A stretch of DNA of 60,485 bases, the filler included. It is 4 parts of 4 records of this genome, joined end to end, with 100 filler letters (N's around TTAATTAATTAA, not from the genome) between each part and the next. Parts side by side here need not be neighbours in the genome. Positions count along the whole stretch, not along the records: positions 1 to 7,269 come from SRR2962707_2648; positions 7,370 to 29,537 come from SRR2962707_2649; 2 more parts are not named here. One strand, given 5' to 3'. The notes below the pieces were generated by a model, which was given only the letters and a program-made list of their open reading frames with translations, did no database searches and had not been told where the DNA came from. A program made the translations under genes and the position numbers. Numbering within the stretch: the stretch's first letter is position 1; each line of letters starts with the position of its first letter. This document shows positions 1 to 11,900 of this stretch, in pieces.

Positions 1-61
1 GGGAATTGTGTGCTGTTTGGTTTGGCTTGAATGTGTGACTGGATGCTTTGCGTGCCACCAG

Positions 62-1513
62 GTGCTGCGCCTTTTGCGAAGCTGCAACCTTGTTCGGTTC
101 GAAGACTACGACCGCAGCCTTGGCAAAAGCCTTGCGTTGCCGTCGCTGATGTACTGCGCCAACATCGTGTGCTCCTTGATGTCGCTGGGGGCCCTGAGCA
201 TCCCGGTCTACCAAGTAAGCCAAAAGACGCAGTGCTGATCGTCCTGACTTTTGATTTGGAGACCGCGGTGGGCGAGAACCACGACATGCTCTGCAATGAC
301 GCCTTCTCGAAAATCACTGTTCCACTCGTTGTCTTCAAAGTCCTGCCACTGAACCTGTGCTGTTGGGGAGTTGTGCAACCACTCACCGATGGTGAAACAT
401 TGTATTTCGCAGGTACTGAAGCGCATGACCCCTGTCGCGTGCCTGCTATTGGCTTACTTTGTCCTGGGCAAGGCCCCGTCCAAGGCTGTGATTGCAGCTA
501 TCGCTCTGATTACAGCTGGAACGGTCACCATGGGTTTTGGTGATATCGTTTTCGACGCCTCTGGGTGAGTTGATCCAGACCTCCCTGTCTGGCGAGTGGT
601 GGCTTTGCAGAGATGCTTTTGCTGATTTTGCTGTGCATGCCGTTTTGCCAATGGGATTCGGGTGAAATACCTACGCATGTTTCATCCACAAGATACGCGC
701 TAGGAATCGGTTCCGTTGTGTCCCAGTCATTGTATTTGACGTATGTGCAGAAGCGGGGCTTCAAAATGGACATGCTCACCATCCTCTACGTCAACAGCAT
801 AAACTGCTTGCCGATTTTGGTGACCATTATGCTTGCCATTGGAGAATACCCGCGGCTCCTAGCGTTCGATGGCTGGGAGAACCCGATGGTGTATGTCTCG
901 CTAAGCGGACTTCTCGTTGTTGGTGGTATGTGAGTGATTGACTTAGGCGATGACACCAGCGTGGTGCCCGCTTGAATTCAAGCAGCTTTGAGAGAAGCCC
1001 GCTGCCAAAGCCGGGCTTGAAGTGTTAACTGGAAACTGTGTTGTGTGCTGTGCTGTGTATGTGTTTCTTTATGTTCCAAACAATCGCTTCAATTAGCACT
1101 GCTCAATTACTCGCTTTTCCTCTGCACTCTGGTGAACTCTGCTGTTCTGACGACAGTGGTGGGGGTTATCAAGGTGAAGACTGCGTTGCGTTACGCATTG
1201 ATACCAATGTTCTCTGGCTGTTTCCGCTGCGTTTTTATGCTTTTTTGCGTTCGCAACCCGGGGCGTTCGTAAAATGGGTGTCGTATTGACCGCTGATATT
1301 CAGGCCGTATTTACGACGTTCATTGGTTTTTACACATTCGGCGGACAGCCTTTCACGCCACTGCTGGCCATTGGCGTGGGGCTCAACACCATAGGAGCCA
1401 TTTTTTACTCCATTATAACTTGCCATCGCAAACAGCGCGAAGCTGGCGAAAAGCAGACCAAATCTGAATTACACCATACAGCTCAACGGCCAACACGCGG
1501 GTGCGAAGCGTAG
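62..1513 (+). CDS. Eukaryotic nucleotide-sugar transporter (SLC35D/TPT-like), 5'-partial, intron-containing
   Basis: Exons 62-214, 413-564, 693-925, 1097-1173 and 1304-1513 splice in frame at GT..AG sites (donors GTAAGC 215, GTGAGT 565, GTATGT 926, GTGAAG 1174). The product has SLC35D-type motifs LSIPVYQ|VLKRMTP, LNYSLFLCTLVNSAVLTTVVGVIK and multiple hydrophobic helices. Confidence 0.85.
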
Positions 1514-1702
1514 CACCAGTATCAATTAAGGCGGCAATTTCAAATTGCATGTCGCTCTAAACTATATCTTACTATTATTTTTTTTTAATTGTCGAATCAT
1601 GCAACAATAAAAATCCCAACATCCCTGGTGCAGCCAGGAGTCGGTTTCTTCAAGTGCGGAAACACGATTGTGTCAAGTACTGGCAAAAAACGGCGACGGT
1701 TT

Positions 1703-4700
1703 TCACTCGGCTCGGTCCGCCATTTTCTGTGCAAGCAAAAGCACCAACTTGGTATGTAACTTCGTCGACAGTCCATGTTCTGATGCAAAACGGCCAGCCG
1801 CAGTCTGGGCAGTGTCCCAATCGTAGACCACCTGGCGGCATATCATTTGATGAAAGATAATAATGAACAGTTAGGGGCCCATGCACTCAACGGCTCGAAC
1901 AGCAACATTGCCCGCTGTGCCCAGCAGGCGAATTAGGTCAGGAAGTTGAAACCACGCACCAGCTTGCCCTCGCCATTGTTGGGCAGTTGGATCTCCACAA
2001 TGATACTTTCATGCTCAGGACCGCGCGGATGAACAGCTTCCGCGTCGAAATGAGCATCAACGACAGCCGATGCTGCAACAGCATGGTGGTAATCATTAAC
2101 ATGTAATGTCAAAATTGAAAAAATGGCCAGCTCACGTCAGCAAACTCCCACTGCTGGCAGGAACAATGCAAAACACAGCAAGCGCCATCGAAAAATACAT
2201 ACTCAGTTCGTCAACTGCTGCATCCCCTGACGGTGAGCCAAGCGACTCCAATGCCTCGGAAGGATGTGGACCGTCCTCCCCGTCATCGAGCTCCTCACTG
2301 TCAAGACCGTACACGTCGTCATCGTATTCTTCTTCCTCCTCGTCATCATCGGTCACAGACAGCAACGACGATTCATCCGCCATGACATCCACTGCGGCAT
2401 GGTGATGGCCTTGCAGCTCTGCCTGCTTGGCAGCAGCCGTGCCGTAACTACCGCCCTCGTCGTCAGAGTTCCCACCATGTGCGGCAGCACCTTCGTCATC
2501 GATATAAATACCACTCCTCATGAATTCGCTTCTGGTTCGTAGAAGACCTTTCGACTCGCTGCTGTTGCCGTTGTCGCTCTCGCTCCTGGTTCCGGCCTCA
2601 CCGTCAGGAACATCCTGTTCTTCGTTCGAAGCAAACTCAGTTTGCTCGTGGAGTCGAGTTTGCTCCATTTGGTCCTCTACATTTTGAGCCGGGAAAGCGT
2701 CGTCACTATCGTCAGTGTCTGGTGTACCTGCTGCCTCCTCATGTTTTGATGATGGGCTGTGATCTACCGCACCGGAAGGCCGTGTCGCCCCATTGAGCTG
2801 GGCCGGCTTTTCGCCCCCGATCTGATGTACAACATCTTTGCCATCCACGCTTGTGTTGTCCCTTTCAGAATGTTCACTTTCGCTGCCATCACGGACAGCA
2901 TTTTGAGCTTCCTTGCGACGTGGGGAAATCCCGAGGGCTTCCATTTCATGTGCCGAAAGAATGCGCGAACCCGCCTCGAATTCTGGTTGCATAGGGCGCC
3001 GGGCATGCTGCCCGTGCCGCAGAGTAGAAGCAGAATGAAGATTTGAGGAAAAGCCTGCTCTTCGCTTTGCACGAGCTGCAGCTGCTGCTGTCATGCCCAA
3101 ATCTGCGACTTCCACGCCACGAACTGCAGCTTGCTCGGCATACTGGACGTCTTCCTGCAGCGTGAAAGGCAGGCAAACAGAGTGAAAAGCTCCACCACCA
3201 CCAACAACAACAGTCAACTACACACGCCACAATAGGCATAACAAATAGTAGGGATAGATTCGTACAGCCTCAAGCTGCTGAATCTTTTTTAGCCGTTTTT
3301 CCACGCGCCGCTCGGCGCGTTGAAACGGCTGCTGCAGCACGTTCCCGCTCTCATCAACTTTCCAATTAGAGCGATCCTTCACTCGCCCGAGGTTTTCTAG
3401 TGCCAGAGCGTGCTCCCGACGCTCTTCTCTCGCCTTTTCTTGAAATTCCAAGTGCCGGGAGAATCCGATGATCTGCCATTGCGATCAGTTTGAACGCACG
3501 CACATTGAGAAGCACTCGAGCAAGTGCCGCTTTCGGACGCAAGGCAAATCAGCACAACAAGCAAGGTCGCATGTTGCAGTGTAGCCGACCTGACTTGTAT
3601 CGACATCCGATTTTTCCGGCACTTGAGGAATCTTTGGCTGAAAAGTGCAGGCTTTTTGCAAGACCTCTTCCTCTTCTCGCTTGCGCGCTGCAGCGTCCGC
3701 TCGAAGCTGGCAAAGCAAGAAGACCGGGTACTGTGAGCGCGCACAACTCAAGAGTAGATGGCACGGCATTAAAAGTCATTTGGCTCACAATGAACGGAAC
3801 ACGAACCTGGGCTTGGCGGCTCATTATCTTGCCTGCGCGCGCTTCTTCGATCAGCTTTTGCACCTTGGGTGGAACAGGCTGTAGCTTCGGCTGGAAAGTG
3901 GCCTCCGCCATTCGCTCCTCCTCCACAGTCTGCCCAAGAATTGCCGTAGCACCAGGTAAAACAGTGCCGTATTTCTCAACGGAGCCGACGCAACCATGAG
4001 CGCGCAAGTGGAAGCGCCACAGAAAGAGCAGTCAGGAAGAAAGCATGCACACCTCCGCAATCGCCTTCATGCGCCGCGCCCGAGCCAATTCGTCGTAATA
4101 CAATCTATCGACCATGGAGTGTCTCGACAAACGTCGAGCAAGGTGACGCGACTTAGAGTTGACATGCGGTCGATATCTATGGAAATAACAATGACCCACG
4201 CAAAGATTTATCATGGAATCAGCGAGCGGCAGATCCTGAAGTGTCGCTGCTAAACAACAAAAATGGGAAACAACGCTACATGAGCACATACGTGACCGAT
4301 TCCTCAAATTGCTTCTCAAGTTCTTTCCGCCTCTCTTTGCGTCTTTGGCCTGCGGAGTCGCGATGTCCACCAGCATGATGCGTCGTGGTCCACCGCCTAC
4401 AAACGAATTCAAGCCCGCAACGACGAGGAACGCAACATAATTAACAAATTGGCGATCAAATCCGAAAACGCAACGAAAATCACCTGCAGCAGCCAGCAAC
4501 GCCGCACCTGTTTTGAAACAATTCGTGCATGTGACGGCAAGAAACCCGGACAGGTCGCTTCCGTCGTTGTTGCCGATTCTTCCTGCTTTCATGCTCCCCT
4601 TCAGTCCCAGCAGGTTTGGGTTCGTTCTCGTCGTGTACAGCGTCGCAATGACTGTCACGCACATCCTTGCTTTCACTTTGTCCAACATTGTTACTGTTCT

Positions 4701-7212
4701 CCTCAGCGTGTTGTCCATCAAGCTTCACGTCCTGATTGAGTTGCTGGCGGCGGGCTGCGTCTCGGTGCTCACAAAAGTACCTTTGCGGCCCTAGAGCCAT
4801 CAGGGACGCGAGAAAACGAAGCAACAAGTCTGTCGGGAGAAAGTCACCCTCCACTTCGTGTGCAGCGGCACCTGCCCGAGGCGACCCTAAGTCTCCTTCC
4901 GTATTGCTCGCGGCGAGTCCGCTTGTCTCGCCCACCTCCGCATCAGCGGACTGCTGGGTTTTACCACTACCACCTCCACCACCGCCGTCAACCTGCTCCT
5001 CAGATTCCGCGCTACCATTGTCACAGCTTCTGCCCTCACGCTGCTTGGTTGGCAGAGACACAGCCATGAGATCGTCCCACACACGCTGGCCGAGGTCTGA
5101 GAGCGGAAGAGTCCTTTGCATTGGCGAGGGCAGCTCAAACGCGATGCTTGAAGCGTCCTCTGATTCAAGATCAATAGGTCTTGCCCCATCACTGCTGCGC
5201 GAAACGAGCCCATCATCGTCGGGCAAACCCGAGTAGTTCGCCGAGTTGAAGTGCGAGGGCCCACCCCCAACCCCGCCGACCACGACGCTGCCGGTGCGAA
5301 AAGTAGAAGCCAACGAACCCGGGGCAGTTGTCTCCACATCATTGTTGGCGTTGATGTGGCCACCCTTGAGGCTTCGCGTGGCAATGAAATCATCCACCAG
5401 GAATCCAAGTTCCGTCATTACATCCTCAAACTCGCGACGAGTCATGCGTTCCCCTGCAAACACACTGGAAAGCTCACGGTGCAGCCGACGTCCGATGAGC
5501 TCACGGTTCATCTTCTGGCTGCTAATTTGGTGGTGGGACTGCTGCCGACGGGTGGTTTCTTCGAGCTTGGCAAACCGAGCGCCTCGGGCCGGTCGGTCTT
5601 GCCGCCGCCGCCGCCGATTCTCACGTGACGCGAGGCCACCGCCCCAAGCGCCACGACCGGCACCTCCTCCGCGCGTGACGCGCCGCCTGCTCCGGGAGCT
5701 GGCATGGGATTGGGGTGTAACGGGCGACGACGCGCCTCTCGCCGTGCCGCCACTCCTAGACTCGGCTGCTTCACGCTTGGCACGGTGGGCTTTAAGCTGC
5801 TCGTAGAAGGTCTTGCGGCGTTTTTTCTCCTCATCCGTCAGAAGCGTGGGGGAGAAAGGGTTGCGGCGGAGCGAAGGGGCCAACGCGCCACTGCCACGCC
5901 ACCCTGGCTTATCATTCGTATGGCTCTTCTGGGCGTCTTTTCGGTCTCCCACACGCTGGGTTTGAACAGCCTCCACAGCCCTGCCACTGTTGTTACTGCT
6001 TTCTTGCTTCGGACTACGCACCGGCGGTGCCCTTGGTGACTTTTCTACTGCTGGCGCTGGTGACTGGTACAGCCTATCCCAAAATGGGGCCTCTCGCTCT
6101 CCGTCACCGCTCTTGGGTTCCTCGCCACCACTGTCTTCCCGTCCACCACGGCCACGCTGCACGTTGCGCTGGCGCTTTCCGGCCCCACTGCCCTGCTCAC
6201 CGTGCCCAGCCGGTGCTGCCGCCGCTGTGGTGGCTGCAATGCGGTGGAAACTCCGTGTGCTGGGCGTGGTATCGGGCTGGAAAGTGCACACTTGAGCAGT
6301 TTGTCGTCCCACCTCGCTCTCGATTTCTGCCAAATGGCGCTGGCGCGCAAGGTCGGCATTGCGAAATCTGTCCATCGCTGTCCGACCCCTGGAACTGGCC
6401 ACGTGCGGGTTGCGCGCAAAGTAGTCTGTAATGGCAGGTTTGAGCGTCAACTCTCGCTGTTCCGCCTCCTCGAGCTGTCGACGCAGCGCATCCGTGCGGT
6501 GCTGCCGAGCCGATGCGCGCTCTCTCACAGCAGGTCCATGACCTGACGATGCAGCAAAGGTACTGTCTTGAGACATGCGCGCTTGGTGCTTCTGCACCGC
6601 AAGAGGTGTTGAGCCGCGGCTTCCTGCAATGGCCGCCGCTGCCTTGCGCCTGCCCCCGCCCGGCCCGAACCCGTTGCCGCGGCCACGACTGGAAGCAGCG
6701 GCGGCGCGTCCTCCTGATCTAACGGGTTTGCCGGTCCGTCTGCCCGCGACATGCGTCGCTCGACGAGCCACCACGCTGCGACCAGTTGCAGCGGGTGACG
6801 CCGGCGACCGCAGGGTCGAGGCAAAGTCCTGGAAATCTCCCGCGTCGTACCTGGACGACGCAGCAGCCCGGGTCGACGACAGAGTGGTCGGTGACATGAC
6901 CGTGCTGGCACGCGGCAAATGTGCCCCCCTCCTCTGCCCATCGCGGTAAGTGCTGCCATGCCCGTTGACAACGTCATTCTCAAGGCTATCCTCTTGTTGG
7001 TGTTGTTGCCGCCGTTGTTGCAGTTGGCGCTCAAGTTGCTGCTGCTGGAGGTGTCGCTGCTGTATCTGCTCTCGAGCCGCGTGCTCGACCTCCGCGTTGA
7101 TTGTACCGACTAATGACGCAGCGAATACGATTGGAGTCGAAGCCATTGCTTCCACGCCAGCGCTCACTTCTTCGTCGAACTCGCGAAAATCCATCGGACC
7201 GGCGTCGGCCAT
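1703..7212 (-). CDS. Eukaryotic 9-exon ~1524-aa low-complexity/coiled-coil protein with repeated (C)TFxP motifs and a compact C-terminal domain
   Basis: Exons (minus) 7212-4508, 4396-4292, 4176-4053, 3929-3807, 3706-3590, 3472-3266, 3154-2203, 2072-1960 and 1831-1703. All junctions are GT..AG and phase-consistent; the exons total 4575 nt and end at TGA 1705-1703. Repeats: ELTLKP, VCTFQP, VTYRP, EATFQP, ACTFQP. Confidence 0.75.
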
Positions 7213-7243
7213 TGCGGCGCGCCAGCCGCAGTCGCAGCCGCAA

Positions 7244-7269
7244 CTGCTGCTGCTGCTGCTGCTGCTGCT
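7244..7269. repeat. (CTG/CAG)n microsatellite at contig end
   Basis: ctgctgctg... runs directly into the N spacer, upstream of the minus-strand gene start. Confidence 0.9.
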
Positions 7270-7369
7270 NNNNNNNNNNNNNNNNNNNNNNNNNNNNNNN
7301 NNNNNNNNNNNNNTTAATTAATTAANNNNNNNNNNNNNNNNNNNNNNNNNNNNNNNNNNNNNNNNNNNN
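7270..7369. other. Artificial contig-joining spacer
   Basis: N44-TTAATTAATTAA-N44 (stop codons in all six frames). Confidence 0.99.
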
Positions 7370-8908
7370 GATCACCGACAGCATGGCGTAGTAGACGATA
7401 AAGAAATGCACCGCGACGACGTTCAGCCCACCGATTTCAACGATCGCCGGGGCCAATGTCACCGCGAGGAAAATATAGGCAACGATCGCCAACCCAGCCA
7501 TGCCCATGATGAAACAGGCCAGCACCCCAAGGGCGATGATCAGATACACATTATCCCCGCCCAAAGCGACAAGCCCCGAAGTCATGGACCCGGTCACACC
7601 GGTAATGGTCAAGGCGCTGACAACAAAGGCAATCGGCAAGATGATCGCGGCGGTCTGTGTCACCAGAACGCCCACCTGCCGAAGGGTCGCAAACAGGCGC
7701 GTCGGCGTCATCATCGTGTCACGCTGCAGAAAGCTGAGGGCGATCATCATCGCACTGGCATACCACGGGGCATAATATTCCCACCGCATGTAGAGCAGGC
7801 CCCAGACCAGAAACACCATGACCGACAGGAACGGCCAGCCGCGTTTCATCACCTCGCGGGCCGATGGCAGCTTGTCTTGGGTCATCCCGACCAACCCCTT
7901 GCGCGCCGCATAGGAATCGACCTGCAAAAGCAGGCCGAAATAAAACAACAAGGACGGCAGGATCGCCGCCACCATGATGGTCGCGTAATCCACGCCAATG
8001 GTAATCGCCATCACGAATGCAATCGCCCCCATGACGGGCGGCATCACCACGCCGCCTGTGGATGCGCAGGCCTCGATCGCGGCGGCGTAATGCGGCGGGT
8101 ACCCGACCTTTTTCATGGTCGGAATGGTGATCGACCCGGTGCCCGCAATATTCGAGAAGATCGAGCCAGACAGCGACCCGAAAAACGCGCTGGCCACGAT
8201 GGATACCTTGGCCGGACCGCCCCGGTATTTCCCGAAACCCGCATTGGCCAGATCGATAAAGAACTGCCCTGCCCCCGTCGCAATCAAAACCCCCGCAAAG
8301 ACAAGGAAACCAAGGACAATCTCGGCAACGATCTTGGTGGTGATCCCCATCAACCCTTCGGTGCGGAAAACATGCGCCTCGATCATGCGTTCAAACGTAT
8401 AGGGGATACCCATGAGCAGCCCCGGGAAAAAGTCAGCGACCAGCGGGTAAAGCCCCAGCAGGAACACCACCAGCAAAAACGGGATACCGCCCGCTCGGCG
8501 CGCGAGCTCTAGCATCAGCAGCCATATCACGACGCCAGCGGGGTAATTCGTCCAGCCGGCCTGTACGATGTCCCACGCATGGGTCGAAAACCACATGCAG
8601 ATGCCAAAGCCGATGACAGCCGCGATCACGTCATAGATCGGCACGCTGCGTTGGCCCTTGATGCCGGGCAACGCGATAAATGCCGCCGCCAGAAAAATAC
8701 CGATGAAGAACCAGTAATATTGCCCCTCAATCAGACGTTTGCCGCCAATCGGCACGCCAAACGCATAGGCAAGCCCCATGCCCAAGCCACAGGTGCAAAG
8801 GGCCACAAAGGCGATGCTTGTCCATGAAAAAAGCCCCCCCAAACGCGTCGTTTCCGAGCTGGGTTCGGCATCAATATCCGGTGCTGCATGGGGTTGAGTG
8901 TCTGACAT
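7370..8908 (-). CDS. TRAP transporter fused 4TM/12TM permease (TAXI type), 3'-truncated
   Basis: Motifs RGGPAKVSIVASAFFGSLSGS, AIEACASTGGVVMPPVMGA and HFFIVYYAMLS; lies downstream of a TAXI receptor. Confidence 0.93.
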
Positions 8909-8955
8909 ATGTCGATCCCAAAGAATGAGGTGAATGAAACTGCAAAGATGAGGAT

Positions 8956-8979
8956 GACGGAGCGGGTGACCGCTCCGTC
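8956..8979. other. Intergenic stem-loop between TAXI receptor and permease
   Basis: GACGGAGCGG-GTGA-CCGCTCCGTC, perfect 10-bp stem with no U-tract on the minus strand; likely a differential mRNA-stability element. Confidence 0.65.
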
Positions 8980-9001
8980 TGTTTCAGGTTCAAAGTACCG
9001 C

Positions 9002-10192
9002 TTACAGACGCGAGCGGAAAACCTTCAGGCCTTCGGTGTGCTTGGCCATGATTTCCAAGAATGCTTCGTTCTCGAAATTGATCTCGACACCTTGTTCCAT
9101 CGCGTCTTTCATGCCCGCTTGGCGTGCTGTCATCCACTGATCCATCTGTTCAATGGCTGCGTTGTTCCACGCATCATCCGCGTCGGTCCATTGGCCGATT
9201 TCACGCAGATATTTTACCGTGCCTTCATGGATGGGGATCGGGTTGCTATTCAGATAACCGCGGAACAGATCAACCGACATACGCGCCGCCAATGCGTGCG
9301 ACCCTTTGTAGGCATCATGTGACTGATGCAACCATTTCGCCATGTTATAGGCAAAATCGATATCCGCAGTCGCTGGCACCGCATAGACAAAGTTGGACGT
9401 CATTGAATCGACACCCTGCGCCGTCTTGACCCCCAACGACACCTTTGTCGGGATCGTCATGGGGCGGTGGTTCAGATAGCCGTTCCAGCCGTCCTTGTTT
9501 GCAGGGTCCATCCCCAGCCAACGAATGCTGCCGGGCGCGCCTTCCATTTCGGACAGTACCGATGAAATCGGCGAACAATATGCCACGTCCGATTTGCCTT
9601 CGACCACCGAACGGCAGTTTTCGCCGTAGCTGGACGCGGGAACAAAGGTGATTTTCTCAGCCGCTTCTTCCGGCGTCAGGCCGACAAACGCAGGCAGCGC
9701 CTGTGTCACTGCACGGACAATCGCGGGGGAAAAGACCCCCGATGTGACGCGTACACCGCCCTTGGCAATGTCGCCGATGTCCTGAAGATCGGAATCCCCT
9801 GCCACGACAAAGCCCCATGGCGTGTCGTTGTGGTGCCACAGAATGCGTTGCGGCATCGGTTTCACGGCTGCATAGCCGCCAACACCCTCGGTCTGGGATG
9901 CCATCTCGGAAGCGGACACCGACGAAATCGCGATATCTTCGCGATCGGTCAGACGCTTATAGCGCATGGGTTCGCTGTCTTCGGGCACGATACGCACGGT
10001 GGTGCCCGTTTCTTTTTGCAAGGCAGGGCCCCAGCCGTTTGTCGATGCAAAGCTGCCCGTCGACGTCCCCGGCGTGCCGATCACCAGCAAACGCGGCCAG
10101 TCGTACTCTTGCGCAATGGCAGCGCTTGAAAGACCAAGCGTCACGGCAAGCGCGCCCAAGCCCAGCTTCACGGTATTATTCGATTTCTTCAT
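9002..10192 (-). CDS. TAXI-family TRAP solute-binding protein
   Basis: Sec signal peptide (..SSAAIA-Q), N-terminal IGTPGTSTGS, C-terminal PIHEGTVKYLREIG; strong RBS GGGAGG. Confidence 0.85.
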   Translation of the reverse strand: MKKSNNTVKLGLGALAVTLGLSSAAIAQEYDWPRLLVIGTPGTSTGSFASTNGWGPALQKETGTTVRIVPEDSEPMRYKRLTDREDIAISSVSASEMASQTEGVGGYAAVKPMPQRILWHHNDTPWGFVVAGDSDLQDIGDIAKGGVRVTSGVFSPAIVRAVTQALPAFVGLTPEEAAEKITFVPASSYGENCRSVVEGKSDVAYCSPISSVLSEMEGAPGSIRWLGMDPANKDGWNGYLNHRPMTIPTKVSLGVKTAQGVDSMTSNFVYAVPATADIDFAYNMAKWLHQSHDAYKGSHALAARMSVDLFRGYLNSNPIPIHEGTVKYLREIGQWTDADDAWNNAAIEQMDQWMTARQAGMKDAMEQGVEINFENEAFLEIMAKHTEGLKVFRSRL

Positions 10193-10812
10193 CTTTTATC
10201 CTCCCGGTTTTTTTGCATTTTCGACGGCTTTCGGGCGTTGGTTCTGCACGTGCAGATGTCCGTCAACGGCCCGAAAAGCATGTGGTTTTCCGACATCTGA
10301 ATATCGGTCAATACCCTGATTTTCAGAACAAACCCGGCACCTCCCCTTGCCGGTTACACGTGTCAGACCAAGATGAGACATCTTGGAATGATCACGACAA
10401 ATCTCGCGTTCTGCATCCGTCTCCCAAGGATGCACAACCGATTCACTCAAAAGACTAGGAGCATATTTCCCCTGCGGCAATACCGCAAAGCGGAACATCG
10501 TTTCGCAAGGGCCGACGGCGTCGGGCGAGGTAAATCATGCGCGCCGTGCGTGTATTTTGACACCTAAACATCTTATTTTATTAGTGATCTCGCTCACAGG
10601 AACTCTGCTGAAATGCCCGATCTGCCCTTGCACAGCGTGGGCAATTCACGGCTTTTCCCGCAAGTGACGTTACGTGCCGGTCTTTCGACACCCGTGCCCG
10701 CGATGCCGCGACGGTGCTGCAGGATCACGGCTGATAGCGCTTGCTTACTTATTCGCCGCAATGAGGGTACTGTGTGAAAACAGGAACGCCCGCCACAGCA
10801 AGGACCGAACCC

Positions 10813-11895
10813 ATGACCAAACGTATCGCAATCGTCGGAGGCGGCTATATCGGCGCGGAACTGGCCAAGTCGCTTGAAGGCAAGGCCGACGTGACGCTGA
10901 TCGAACCGCAAAGCCATTTCGTGCATTCGCCCGCGATGATCCGCGCGGTTGTGAACCCGCAGCTGCTGGATCGCGCGTTGATCCCCTATGACAGCCTGCT
11001 GCAGCACGGCAAACTGTGCCGAGCGCGGGCGATTGGCGTTGATGCCCAAGGCGTAACCCTTGAGGGCGGCGAAAGGATTGACGCGGATTATATCGTCGTC
11101 GCCACGGGGTCGGCCAACGCCACACCGTTCAAGGCAAACGGACGCGACATCGAAACCCTGCGCGCCGAAAATGCGCGGGTTCACGACCTGCTTTGCGCGG
11201 CGCAAAGCATTGCCATTGTCGGTGCGGGGGCCGTTGGTATTGAGTTGTCCGGCGAGATTGCGCATTTCATGCCTGACAAGAACGTGACCTTGATCTCAAG
11301 TGAAACAACGTTGTTCCCGACGATGCCAAATCCGCTTGGGGCGGGCTTGCTGGCCAAGCTGAAAAACGCAGGCGTCACCATCATTTTAGGCGCACGGGCG
11401 GAAACCCTCGAAAGCCCGACAGAACCGTTTTCAGGTACCTTGCAGCTCAGCAATGGTCAAAGCGTCACGGCGGATCTGATCTTTCCGGTCATCGGGTCTC
11501 GCGCGACCTCTGACATTCTTGCTGCCCTGCCCGGTGCTGCCAAAACCAGTGCAAACCGCATCAAGACCGACGCATGGCTGCGGCCTTCGACCTTGACCAA
11601 TGTATTTGCGGCTGGGGATGTGGCGGATACGGGCGATGCCATGACCATCGTCGCAACCTCCCGCCAGCTGCCATGGCTGAAAAAGACGCTGCTCGCCCTC
11701 GCTAACGGGGCAAAGACCGAGGATATGAAACCTTACACGCCTTGGGCAAAAGCCCCCATTTTGGTCCCGCTCGGCCCCAAGAAGGGCAATTCGTTTCTTA
11801 TTCTGTTCACAGCGGGCGATCTTGTGACCCGTCTGATGAAGGGCAAAGATCTGTTTTTATCCAAGTATAACAAGCTGTTCAATCGGGCGGTCTAG
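10813..11895 (+). CDS. FAD/NAD(P)H-dependent oxidoreductase, AIFM2/FSP1-like (NDH-2 superfamily)
   Basis: Two Rossmann motifs (IVGGGYIG, IVGAGAVGIELSGEI), VATG, VFAAGD, C-terminal LVPLGPKKG..KGKDLF; start set at ATG 10813 after AGGA. Confidence 0.85.
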   Translation: MTKRIAIVGGGYIGAELAKSLEGKADVTLIEPQSHFVHSPAMIRAVVNPQLLDRALIPYDSLLQHGKLCRARAIGVDAQGVTLEGGERIDADYIVVATGSANATPFKANGRDIETLRAENARVHDLLCAAQSIAIVGAGAVGIELSGEIAHFMPDKNVTLISSETTLFPTMPNPLGAGLLAKLKNAGVTIILGARAETLESPTEPFSGTLQLSNGQSVTADLIFPVIGSRATSDILAALPGAAKTSANRIKTDAWLRPSTLTNVFAAGDVADTGDAMTIVATSRQLPWLKKTLLALANGAKTEDMKPYTPWAKAPILVPLGPKKGNSFLILFTAGDLVTRLMKGKDLFLSKYNKLFNRAV

Positions 11896-11900
11896 CTTTG

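Noticed and set aside
31-543. 170-aa ORF and other short ORFs in contig 1 as stand-alone genes
   Set aside because: They are explained by exon/intron pieces of the two spliced genes; the spliced frames give coherent proteins.
7270-7369. Recurring TTAATTAATTAA flanked by Ns (also 29538-29637 and 53684-53783) as a biological repeat
   Set aside because: It is an identical six-frame-stop linker with fixed N padding, i.e. an assembly concatenation artefact.
7406-8512. Long antisense/alternate-frame ORFs (also 12740-13813, 32487-33644, 34855-36276, 39538-40746, 41978-42991, 46773-47849, 49573-50805)
   Set aside because: These are shadow ORFs of well-supported genes in GC-rich DNA, with no motifs or RBS.
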